Assembly: GCF_004010195.1 (NCBI RefSeq)
Contig: NC_057716.1
Span: 45,102,525-45,166,524, forward strand
Source of the DNA: Chiloscyllium plagiosum
Taxonomy: Eukaryota
DNA: 64,000 nt
Direction of reading: 5' to 3'
The notes under the pieces are model-generated. The model did not search any database, was not told where the DNA came from, and was given only the letters and a program-made list of their open reading frames with translations. Shown piece by piece: positions 22,999 to 35,600 of this stretch. How positions within the stretch are numbered: the stretch's first letter is position 1; the number at the start of each line of letters is the position of its first letter. Made by a program: the position numbers and the translations under genes.

Positions 22999-25900
22999 TT
23001 TGAAGAGTAATTTGAAGGAGGCAGATGATGTCCTTTGTAAGCTGACATCTCTAACAAAACATTCCCTGTGTAATTGTGGATGCCTCGGTAGAATCACATG
23101 ACTACTGGGCCAATGGAATTTGAAAATGGCCTTGAAGCACTACCTCCCCGTACATCACATGATCCACAACCGGTTGAATTTGAGCTTAACTGTGGACAAC
23201 AGCGACACCTACAACAGCATTTCAAAAGCGGCACCCACTCCAGCTCATTTAATCCCCACACCGACCAGGACTCAAACGTTTCATCAAAGCCATTCCTCAT
23301 ACTGTATAATCTTACCTCAAACAACAGTGATGATCGTGCTGCTAAAATCCAATCATTTCGTTTTCGATAAGCTGAAAGAAAAGGATAGAAGAAAAAAATC
23401 GCTGTAATTTCTGGACTTTGGAAATTAAAACATAGTCCTTGTTTGAAAATGTCGGCGAAATGAAACGTGTACAGAGCAGGTTTCTGATCTGATTGTTTTT
23501 GCAGTTTCAGCGATGCCGGCGGTGCATCAATTGCTTGCATAGTGCATAACACGGCTTTTAGATGTATATAAACCTAGGGACCGTGCACATTGCTCTGATG
23601 TGAACCAAACATTTGGTGAAATCAGTGTAAGAATTGTTTTTTTTTGTATTTTTTTATCTGCATTCACTGGTCCAACTTTTTCCTTGATAGCATTCAATTA
23701 TAATTAGTGGAAAACATGAAAAACATTTCAATATATAATAAAACTAATGTAAGTTCCGAAAATTGACCTTTACCAGCGGCGATAAGAGTCCACATTTGAA
23801 TTTCCGTAAAACATCTTACGCTCTGTACTTTCCATTAAGGTAGCTAGAGTGCAGGCTTTCAGATGTTGACGCCAAACACTTCAATAATGTAATTGCATTT
23901 GAACATTTGCACAGGCACCTTCCAACACTGTGGCTGAGCAAAAACACGATTTGCAATCCTTGCTATTAGTTTAGGGGATATAAATTTAGTCGGTGCTTCT
24001 GGTGTTTGGTCTCGACTAGCTTATCCTAAAAATAGATCTTAATTTTCTAATTCTCTCACACGTTTATGTTGAGCTGTTGATAACTAAGTTGGACATGTGC
24101 CAACAATCGACAACCAAAACATCGCCAAAAGCAACGGAAAGACACACACCGTATTTTCTCCCCAGCGCCAGCAGTGATAGTGCTTGATATTTTCGGGATT
24201 CACTCTTGTGGATGGAGTTGCAGAACTGTGTTAACACCGCTTGCAGCTATTTTTCAGAACGCTCCAACTGGAGAAAATTTGCCGTTTAACAGTACATACC
24301 TACTTCCGGTCACTGGGAGAATCCTTTGGAGTTCAAGAAAATGTAAACCACGATGGGCATCAGCTATGGAGCAGCTATGGGAAGTACACACAAAGCCGAC
24401 GAGATTTTCTTCTCAGCAAGACGAACAGGAAAGGGGACAGTGTCAGGGTCAAGGCTGTCACGGTTCCTCTCTTTACTTCTTTTGGGATGTAAATGTACTG
24501 TTGAAAATGTTATCGGATTTTGCGAATGTTAGCCTAAATTAAACTTCAAAAATTCTACAGATATTCAAAATGAACAAGAAGACGTATAAATACCTGCGAG
24601 ACTTGTAAGTCATACTGAAGAGAATATAAGACCATTTCCGTAGATTATTTGCGGCTCTTTATTTGTACAACGTATTTTTGATTTGATAGGTTTTGTGATC
24701 CAAATCTGTACTGTTAACATTCAGGCGCCCGTGCACTGCTAAGTTTTAGGCTCAGTTGAAGCGAACACCGATTCTAAGCCATAACTTCGTACACTATGCC
24801 TTGATGTTGCGTCGCACATACAAATCATTGCAATCAATTAATATTTCAAGTTATACATAATTATCTGAATCTTATTCATTCCAAATAAATCACAATCCTG
24901 TTCTTAACACCTAATCTTGTGTGAGCAAAAGGCAACCAACTTGGCTTTGAATGTTCTTCAACTGTATTTTTTCTGCATGAAATCATTCAGCAGAACTGAA
25001 AGAATAACTTAAGAGGCGAGCAATAAGACAGGGCAGGTAATGCATCCATTTGAATCAATGAGACATCAGTAACAATGCTCTTATTAGTTAATTCGTCGTC
25101 TGAATTAAAAATGGGAGTTGGTATGGATTGAAGCAAAACTAACCTTCTAGGCAAGGCCAGGAGTAGTGGGATAAGGGAAAACCAGTTGTTGTTTTGGGTG
25201 TTTTAGAATTATTTTGTAACATGCTTGAATATATGTAAACTGAAAAAAAAACGCTTGGTGCACTGATTTTGGCATTATATTTACCCTCGTCAAATATCAT
25301 AACGGAAAATCATAACGCCTGATTAGTGTAAACGTGAATAGTTTGTCTCCAAGTAAAATAATATTTCACAGTCATTGTTTTACTATTTATAATGCATACA
25401 GCGACTGTATCTGGAGTAATATGATGATTCAACAACTGCTGGGAGCAATAGGCTAAGCTGGATGGTTTGTTTATGTATACAACGAATTGTTGAACAAGAG
25501 CCAACAGTGTGCCTTTATTACAATACACCTCCTCATAATATAAATAAGATTCGAATTCATGGTGAACAAAGTCAAACCAATTGTGATTTTGTAAGCGACG
25601 AAAAGTAAAACATCTAGGATGGTGACTTGGGAAGTAAGAAAGACAAGGCCCGATGCAGACAAATATTTCTTGCAGCCTTGAACGAGAGAATTCTCGGGAT
25701 CCTGAGGCCTGCACAATACAGAACTGGTATTTATATCCAAATTATTATCTCAAAACTGAATAGCATTCAGAAAATAGTGTTATATTTGAATGGGCAACGC
25801 ATAGCTCAAAGTGTTTTCACCAGGAAGTCTTTTTTTCATTTACTACAGTATCCTCAGCTCAGTGTCAGCAACTTGTGCAGTCCATTCATTGGCACCTTAC

Positions 25901-28900
25901 ATTTGCCGTCGCATTATACCGGCTATGTTAAAAGCAACATTAGTTAGTAATATTATTTCGTAAGCCTTTGCCGTAATGCGTTTGTATTTATGCGTCCATT
26001 TATCAAATTGCTAAGCAGGAAATTGCTAAATCTGCAAAACCACTTTAACATTTTCGTCTACATTTACAATATTATTTATTCACAATAGTCTGTTGTTGGT
26101 TGTGTTACTATTCTTATATAAAGCAAAGCAATTATCGCTGGTTATCATGAACCAAGCCTTACTATTACACTGCAGCAATTGCCAGGATTGCATGTCAAGT
26201 AAACAAAATAATTTAATTGTATCAAGCGGTCCTCTATGATACACTATAATTGTTCATTTCAATGTACTCAAATAAAATGATTAGTTTGTAAACCTATATC
26301 ATAAGACCCCTAGTATGATAAAAAAAACTCATAAAATATTACGACTGTAGACACGCAGGAATTAACGGCTATGAAATCTTTGAACTATAGAGTTTCCTGG
26401 TATGCAGGGGAAAAGATTACAATATCAAATACAGTTATCATGAGAGTACACTAAACTCATGCAGAGCTGGGTTTTAGTGTAGGAAAGATTATATTGATAG
26501 CAACTAGAAAGTGAATTGACTGATTAGTCTCCGAACGATACTTCAATGTTTAATAACGTAGTTATAAGCTGTTTATGGGAGAAATGTTACACACAATCCT
26601 CCCTAAATTAAGTCTAATGATGGAGCTTAATTAAAACCTCGTCTTGCATTAAAGCGCCAATGTGGTATGTGATTTGCTGGAAGGACTGTGTACAAGGCAA
26701 GCTTATTGAATGCTAGATTTAAACAGGAACATGAAGGCTGCATTATTGCATTTGCACTGCTTGCAACATTGCAGAAAGCAACAGTTCCCTTCCGTACAGA
26801 CACATGCCAACAACAACTTTATTGTCAAAACCATGGAAAGAACAGTTAAGTTCGAAAAAAGTTGGCTGTATAATTTTTAAATCTTTGCAGTGCGGGTGTT
26901 TTGATTGATTTGTTTCTGTTTTTTCTCGTACCGTTAACCAAGCTGTTGGCCCTGTACTTTGATGGAGGCTCACATTTCTCCTTTCAGGCTTCCCACTAGC
27001 CTAAACTGGCATGGTCTTGTGACCATGAAACCGCCAGCCGTTTGTACCTTCACTTTCACCTTGAATCTTTTGACCGTTTTGCCACGCTCAGAACTCAAAA
27101 TGAAAGGTTGTTAGCTTGACGCGCCTGCTATTAATTTCAGCTTGAGCTTTTGTTTATGGTTGACAGATAAATGTAACAAAGATTGAAATAAGCTATACTC
27201 TTTAGCCGAAATAGTTCATAAATATCCAACTAAAATGCGTACTGAAGCTTACCTCGTCCTATATTAGTTTGTCAACACTGTTGATTTTTTTAAAAAAACC
27301 TTCTCATGTTACTTGTAAATACTTCGGAAATATTTTTGGTTACGAGCGTTTTCAGTTAAATTGTGAGTGAAAGCTAAATTATATTGAATACAATTGCCGC
27401 ATTAATTATGTCCGATTACAAATTGCGAACGACTAGCAACTGAGTGCCACATATTAAAATCAATTCACTCCTTGTCACATTAAATAAACTATTGCGTTTC
27501 TACTATGAGTAACTACCATATGTATCAAGAAACATTTCAACGTCTCGGAATATTAGCATGCTCATGTTTTAAATTCAACGCGTTTTATCTGAGTCGAATT
27601 AACATGATGTCACCATCGTGTAAAATAACTGGACAGGTAAATATTTCCTTTTCAAAACACTTTTCAGTCATAAAAATACATTACATAAATAAGTGCAAAA
27701 CAAATTTTTCTCGCACAATTTGGCTAAAGTACTGAACTGACGAGAATATAGTGGCCAACTGTGAATAAACTAGCCTTTCCACAATCAGGGAGTTAACTCT
27801 TTTTCTGAAACTTCCTTTTGGACAAATAGGACATGTAAATCAAAATAACTTATTGATTAAGCAAGCATTAAAAGCGTTGGAACGGGAATTAGTGACTATC
27901 ACGGGTACTGCGATCAACCACTTTGACAATTTAGAAAGCATTCAGTCTGTTTTACAGGACATTACGCATTATTTCCTGCCGCACAATAGAATTATTGCAA
28001 AATGCTCATCATAAGAGAAATGAATATTCTGCTGATTACGTATTCTGTAACAACTCAACTATCACTGTGAATGTGGAACAAAAGGAGAGGATACACTACC
28101 ATTAGACTGGGAAATGATACTTTTTTTTATTCCACTTTAATTGTTCATAGAAAATTGTCGCCAGATATTTCTTGTTACCAGCTCTGAGAAAATGCTGTCG
28201 TTATTGATTTTTTTTCCTTGAAGTAGACACTCCTTAAAGATTCCATTTTTCGCTTCTACAAAAGAAAGTAGCAATTTAACAGACAGCAAGAATGTAGACA
28301 GTATTCCTTTGTCATTTTAAGAGTTGGAAATCAGTGGTGAACCCTAAGTCAGTATCGAGATGAAATGTATTGCCTGAAATATTGCTTGACTATCCAACAT
28401 TATTCATTTCAAAACCCCGCTAAAACTGTCTGGATTGTGCAGACGTTACAAGGAGGAATGCGGTATTGAGAAGGAGATGATTCAGATACTGTGCTGCCAT
28501 TTAAATCGACCACATCGCCAGAAAGTAAACGTAACTATTTAGTAATTTTCATAACGTTGGATGTTTGATTTTATCATTTTCACTTATTGTTACATGGTTT
28601 CGCATAATTTCCCAACCTAATGGCATTCTATCCTCTCCGTTCTTTTCCGCATTCACTTTGTTGGTTTGAGTTTTAGAGAATAATGTATCAACTCGGATAT
28701 ATTCCTTATGTTGCATGTTTGCGTTTGGCTCTGTTCCATTACATTGTAACTTCGCTCAATAACTCCGATCAACAAACTTAAGCGAATATACCGAGTGAAA
28801 GTTAATAAATCTTTCCAAATAATGCAATTGGCAAATTGGTTTTATTTATTCGGGACTCACTACGATGTAAAAAGTTACGCCTTAATTTTTGACGCCAACA

Positions 28901-31287
28901 GTAAGCAAACTTACGATTGCACTGAACCGATTTGCATTTAATCCCAAACTTCGACACGATGTTCCAGATATATGACAGAAACAAGGATAACTTAATCAGT
29001 TGGCATACTGACATTATTTCAGTTAATTTCCTATTCATCCCCGAAAGCCGTTACCAATATATTGGTGGTCTGGACTAAACCGTAGAGCTACAGCGCGCCG
29101 CCGTGTGGCCATTTGCAGAATTAACTGTCCTGGCAATCATTGCAAACTAGCCTCGCTGTTTTGACATTTTTTAATGACCCTAATCAAGTTATATATGCTA
29201 TGGCAATTTAAGTAAGATATTCAGATAGTAAAATTATGCTTAGAACAGTACCGTGTGTTATATAGATACAGAGAAATTAGAATGGCAATGATTGCTGCGG
29301 AAATTCTATTGAAACGTAAATTATATTCTCCCACATTTCCATGGAAACCGAAACACTCGTGGCTGATTGGTATAATGTATAAACGCATGATGAAGATTTT
29401 TGACCAGTTCAGCCTGCATGAGAATAGCCTATATGGAAAGATGCTGCTCTTAACGGCTAAGCATAGAAGAACAAAGGAACCTTCGTATTTAATAATGTTG
29501 CACAAAAGCCCTAAGTGTGTATTATTGAATGTAACTTTTCGAAAGCACAACTACTCATCTACAATAGAGATAAGAAAAACTGATTTTTCACATTGATCTT
29601 TTTGTAGCCTTCAGCATGCGCATTTTAGTATAACGTGGTTTAGTAACATGTTGAAGCTTTTGTCTTTAGGAGGGAAGCTGTAAGAACAACCCAACAGCCA
29701 CCAGGCGCCTCTGTCTTCCAAAAGGTTAAAGGTGACGACCTTGACATTATAGAAGTTCAAAGGCAACATTATACGAATTCTCTTTTCGAAACATACTTCA
29801 ACATACCCACGAGCAGATGCGACTTTTTCAGTTTCATTCGAATCTGAATTAAGTCCAACCAATATGTTTGATGGATCTTATCTGAGATCCAACTTTAAAA
29901 AAAAACTTTTTCATATGATGGACGTTATAAACTCAATTGCTTTTGTGTTTTCCTTCTTTTTAAATCTATTTTCTTTGATTTCTTTCTTTTCTTTTGTTTG
30001 CTATGTCGTGAGTAGAAGGTGTAATAAGTCGCCATTAAGCTGGTTAGAGCGGTCAACTTTACGATGTTGTCTAGACAGTTCAAGGTTTTGTAAACAGCAA
30101 TGCTATGTCATGCGGCACGGAAACTTGGCAAGTCCTTTTCGAAAGAAAACGTAAAAGTTTTGAGAAGTCTTGCTCACTTCTTTGTCACTGAGACACTGAT
30201 GTGTTTATAAATTTAAATGCACCTCAAATTAGGATTCAGCTTCTTTTTAAAAATGCTTTGCTGTTAACGTTCTGTACAAGAAAATGAAATTTGTCAGTTC
30301 ATTCCCAGGCCAAAACACATTTAATCCAATTATGGATACAAAACTTGTAATTAACTATCATGTTTACAGTCAAAACACAAAGTAAATATTCTGCTTTTCA
30401 TTTTAAACAAAACCATTCGCAGAAAGGCGCAATCTATGAGCCAGACATTAATTTGCAAAATAAACAATTAAGAATGCTGGAAAGGCCCAGCATTTCAGGC
30501 ACCATCTGGTATATTTCAGATTGCCAACAACCGCATAACTTTGGCCTTTGCAACAAATTGTACTGTACTGCATTTCAGAGATAAACAATATTTGCTTTTT
30601 TTCCTGGGACAACTTGAGGCCTACGGTCAGACTGTTTAGCACACTCTAGCCATCTATTCATTAAAAAAGCTTTATTGATAAGATTTTTTATACGGCTTTT
30701 ATTCATTTGAGACAAAACACATTTTAACACATGCATTTACCATGATATGTCAATTAGTATGTAATCTTAAAACAAAATTATCATTATAACAGCGTTAGAC
30801 ATCTCTAGCTATAGTTTTGTTTAATTACTTAAAGAAATACAATGGAAAAAGTAAACTAATAAATATGGATTTTTTTAATGAGGATACACACAGCTTGAAC
30901 GAGTATGGTTAGTCTAGCTGCACAATGACTATAACGCAAATAAAAAATGCTATATTATCTGATTGACCTATCGCTTAAAACGAAAGATTGCTCCATTTCA
31001 GCCCTCTGTTACCCCGGTTTATCGTTTAAATTCTTCGGTTGGAACTGAATAACCCAAATACTGAGGTAAGAATGTTCTCTAACAACACGTTACGGTCATG
31101 GTTCCCGCACAACCGTGTCACCTTAGATCCAAAGTTACATCGATCGTAGTAAGGACAGTTTTTTTTCTCCGCGTAAGAACAACAAAATTATCCTCTCATC
31201 CTTGCAGACACTCCTTCTGTAAATAAATATTGACTAAGGCAAAGGGGAATTGCTGGAAGATAATCCACAGAGTAAATTGTATCACAG

Positions 31288-31520
31288 TCACAATAAAGGA
31301 TTGGCAGTAAAAAAGTGCAGCCGGTCTCTGCTGAGTTTCTTTTCTTTCATTCTTCGATTCTGGAACCAAATTTTGACTTGTCGATCGGTAAGATTTAACA
31401 TTCTCGATAACTGTAAGCGTTTTTCTTTGTTTATGTAAACGTTGAAGAAAAATTCTCGTTCAAGTTCCCGGATTTGGTATTTGGTATAAGGGCATCTCTT
31501 CTTTCTGCATCGCAGGGGGC
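31288..31520 (-). CDS. hoxd11: HoxD11 exon 2 (homeobox)
   Basis: After CATCAG|GC: [76 protein letters not shown]. Confidence 0.95.
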
Positions 31521-32094
31521 CTGATGGAAGTAGGTTTTAAATATAACGTTACAAACGACCATATCCAAACAGACGTGCTCTTAAACTCTTGCACTTAAAT
31601 TCGATACCAAAGGATGTACATAATGCTCATAGTTCAGCATATCTATTCAGCATATCCTGATTTCAATATTTATTGTCTGATACATTTATTTTAAATGAAT
31701 GCACTTAATTACGCTTCCACTTTCTGAAGTTTGATTTCCGTTATATTTCCATTGAAAACGGCAATAACAGGAGGAGACACATAAATGCAACCACGCCTTG
31801 TTAATATGGAACAAAAATGCACAAGTAATCAATTGAAGTGCGAAATAAACTCTTTGGTCAAATCGCAATGATATTACCGAAATCGTTTTATAATGGTAAA
31901 ATGGACAATTGGTGATTTTTCATATTCACGAAGCCCACCTAAACCGATTTCCCGTCGTAAACAATCTTTACAACTTTAAAACAGATCTTATAGGGTATAT
32001 AAAATCCTTCGTCTGCTTATAAAATTTCACATAAAATCTGTGAGACAAAATGTGTTGGCCCTGTATTCTAACCCTGCGTTCATACGGCACCTAC

Positions 32095-32698
32095 CAGATA
32101 GGCTGCTTTTCTCGGCCCCGATGTTACTGGAGGACTCGACGGTGTTTTTTCCGGTTGTACTTTCTTTCTCCTGGCCGGAAGAAAATTTGTCAGATGCTGT
32201 GATGGTCTTGTGCATCGACCCAGACTTTTCGCTTAACTGTTCATAGTTCGAGCAGTCAGAAATCCCATAAGCTGTCTCAAAAAACTGATCAAAGCCTTGA
32301 GGAAGTATTCCATTCCTCCCCACCGCCGTGTAGAAATTGCAAGATGGATTTGAGCCTGCACGCTGGCTGTATACAGGATCATTTTTAAACAGCATTCCCG
32401 TCCTGGTCGGTGGTTGGATATAGTCCCTATGCATTATTTCTTCTGCAGAACAGTAAGGGGCATAATTGCTCCTATAATGCCATTTAGTTGAATGTTCTAA
32501 CCCGTAATCTCTGAACGACACCTCTCGGACAGGTTGAACTTGTGTTAAATTAGAGGAGTAAGGAAATGTCATTTGGCAAGTAGTGCTCTGCGGTAAAAAT
32601 GTTGATACTGACGAGAAATCTGGGGCTGAAACATAGTACGTGCAGCTGGGCAAATACATGCTGGAGGCGCAGCTACCACGGTCTTCAAACTCTGTCAT
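32095..32698 (-). CDS. hoxd11: HoxD11 exon 1
   Basis: [24 protein letters not shown]...[12 protein letters not shown]...[18 protein letters not shown], typical PG11 motifs. Donor TCTG|GTAGG at 32095/32094. Confidence 0.94.
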
Positions 32699-35600
32699 AT
32701 TTTGTTTTCGGAGTTGCGAGCCCAAATGATCAGGATCGATGATGTTAAACATGCTCCATGTATTCTCCGCTAAAAACCGACGAACAGGGTCCGCGAAAGA
32801 AAAAAATTGGAAACGCAAGCTGACGTGCAATTCATCCTGATTGATTCTAAGGGCAAACGAGTCATGTGATCCACTGTCGGAATTACCATAGATCAGTTTT
32901 GGTCATTAAGATCCATCCTTTGCAACTCGAAGGTATTACTCTCGAAATTAACCTATCGGCTTTCAGTGTCGGCTAGGTAGCTCGTTTAACTCATAGTGCC
33001 AAAGATTTGCCTTGTGACTAAGGATAAAGCAAACACTGTAACAAAATAATTTAATTTACACACCACAGTCTGTCACAGATACCTTTCTATATTTGGAAAC
33101 TTCAAAAACATCTACGATGTTTCATTAACTGTTGAGGTCACGTTCCAACAAATAGGGCCAATGCAGATTCTGATATTTTTAAAATGCAAAAACAATAATC
33201 TGTCACAACTAACTAAGAAGATTTCCAAGCTGGATTTTGGCCGTTCACAAAAGCACAATACACAGTTTAAATTCAACTGCGTGATCAGGTTGGCGTGGTA
33301 ATAGAATTTTCGACATTTGTCTCATGGTAAGAGATTAAGTGAAAAATGTCTATTATAGCGACAGACAATACCGGCATTTTTTCATTTTTATTTCGAAAGG
33401 CGTGTTTTTCATGGGTAAAATCGAGTTTAACAAATAATAAAATCGTTATCTACTGTTGAGCCTAGATTTATCAGATATTTAGAATAGGGGTTATAGATGC
33501 TGTAGCTTATATCGCACAAAATGACCATCCAATGACCCGATCACTTTAGAGTTTTGTTAGCTATGATTCATAAATATGTGAACTGAATCAGATTTTGAAG
33601 TTTGTTGCCTTGTGGACTGCGGCAACACTTTATAATTATTTCAGAATACGGTTGCGCCATAATATTAAGATTATTCCTTGCCGCAACACTGTGATCATTT
33701 CTAAAACATCAGGCTTGACCATTGTGTGAAATCTTTACTGCAATTTCAACTCATCATATTCGTGGTTAAAACCCACCGATGGAAGTTGCACGCAGAAGCT
33801 GGAGATGGCTTTTTGCAGGCCGGGAATTAAAACTAGCAATTTGTGTGGTTAATCCGTATTCTTTCCCATTTACAGAGCCTAGTATATGCAACCTACCAAC
33901 CAAGAGGTTGACTTGGATGAAAGAAAAGTGCTTGAATCTGCAAATGAAAATTGTCTTCTGTCCTTTTAAGTGAAGGCCAGTCAAGCGAAGGACATCGAAG
34001 CGAATCCTTAAGTGTAACTGTTAAATGCGAATTGATTTAAAGAGGGAAAGGTGCGCTGAGAGAAAAATAATTAGAGAGAATATCTACTCATGTTCTAATT
34101 TACGTTTATTAACTCGTTAAATACTTGTCATTATCTATCATAACATTTATCGCGCACGACCAAGCAGGATGGATGTCTCTAATCGCTTTTTCCTTTGGTC
34201 AGTTCCAAATACACGGTTTATATTATATCTATTTGCCAATTAGTTCGAAATTCTGTTGTAATCAACTGGAGTACTCTGAGGATAAACCCAAATGAAAATA
34301 CAATGAAAATGTAAATATCATTGATTCTAAACGGAATAATTGCTTAGTAGAATATTTTTTTTCTAAAGTTTTAATTCAAATTAAAATTTGGAAACCACAG
34401 ATGCATTGAGCTTCGATTCGTTTATTCTTGCTTTAACCTTACGGCCGCATTTATAAAATGCGACATCCAGTGGCTGTTAATATAAAGTATATGAAATCGT
34501 ATTGCATCAGTCGTTGAGGTCGAAAAACACATTGTTGTCTTTGCTTCTTGGAACATAACGATAGTAGTTAATATTAAATTAGACTGAGTTGATTATCATG
34601 TCCCCTCTGATCACTTAGACCGCAACATGCAGTGAAGTTACATTGAAACGAGGGCCGCTTGCCGAGTATCATTCCTACACAATGATTTGAAATGAGAAAC
34701 ACATAGTTTATATATTCATCTATGCTTATGTATTAACACATGTTAAAGAAATGTCTTCTTGAATGTATATTCCCTTTGTACAAAAAAATAATAATATCGT
34801 TGTGTGTTGTTTTCATGGAATTCGCTGAGGTATGCTCCGGTCATAATTTGACTTTCATTGTTCCATATAATGGTTGTAAAGATGAAATGTGCCGGCAATG
34901 GTCTCCAACTCATTTCTAAACTAGTACGAACTGGCCAATTAAATAACATTAGTCAACGTGTTAAAAGATCCGGTTCAGTACTGTGGCAAAAGCTGTAAAA
35001 GAGAAAAGGAATTAAAAGTGTCCTTTGTTCTCATCTCGTGTTCAGATGACCAGTTCGGCCTGTATTGAATACTAAATGAGGACAAATACCTAACAAGCTG
35101 CTTAACATCGACAAAGAACCAGAGGCGAGTCTGGCATACCAAGCTAAGAGGTTTACAGTTTATAAATTAGTATCGTCACTCTCTTACATGGAACAAAAGG
35201 CGATGTTCGAGGAAAGTTTGGTAGGCGTATTTTTCTCTTACGCAATTCTTCAAGTCGACGAGTTGTTGTTTCACGTTGACGTTCCAGGCAAAATATTAGC
35301 GTCTTCTTTGTGTTTTTGTCTAACTGCACGCAACATTAAGTATTTCGAATGTGAAAAAAACTCATTAGTCAAGCAAAGTCCACGATCAGTAGGTATGTTA
35401 GACTTGTGCAATCTAAAAAGAGACACTAACTTGACCTTAACTTTGTTATGGCGCCCCCAGTATCTGGAGAACATGTACAGACACCGTCTGGCAGACTGAC
35501 CCATAAAAGTGAGATGAAAAAGAGATTCTGAAGGATTTCAACGTAATGTCGGACGAATTTCCAAAGCTCTGGCTCATACTTCTGCGGACACGATCGCTTT

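Noticed and set aside
23094-23552. 152-aa ORF upstream of HoxD10 and the other short intergenic ORFs in the track
   Set aside because: No recognisable domains, many non-ATG starts, and lengths expected by chance in vertebrate non-coding DNA.
26990-27130. Possible homologue of Hoxd11 regions VIII/IX
   Set aside because: Only imperfect nuclear-receptor half-sites are visible; it cannot be assigned without alignment.
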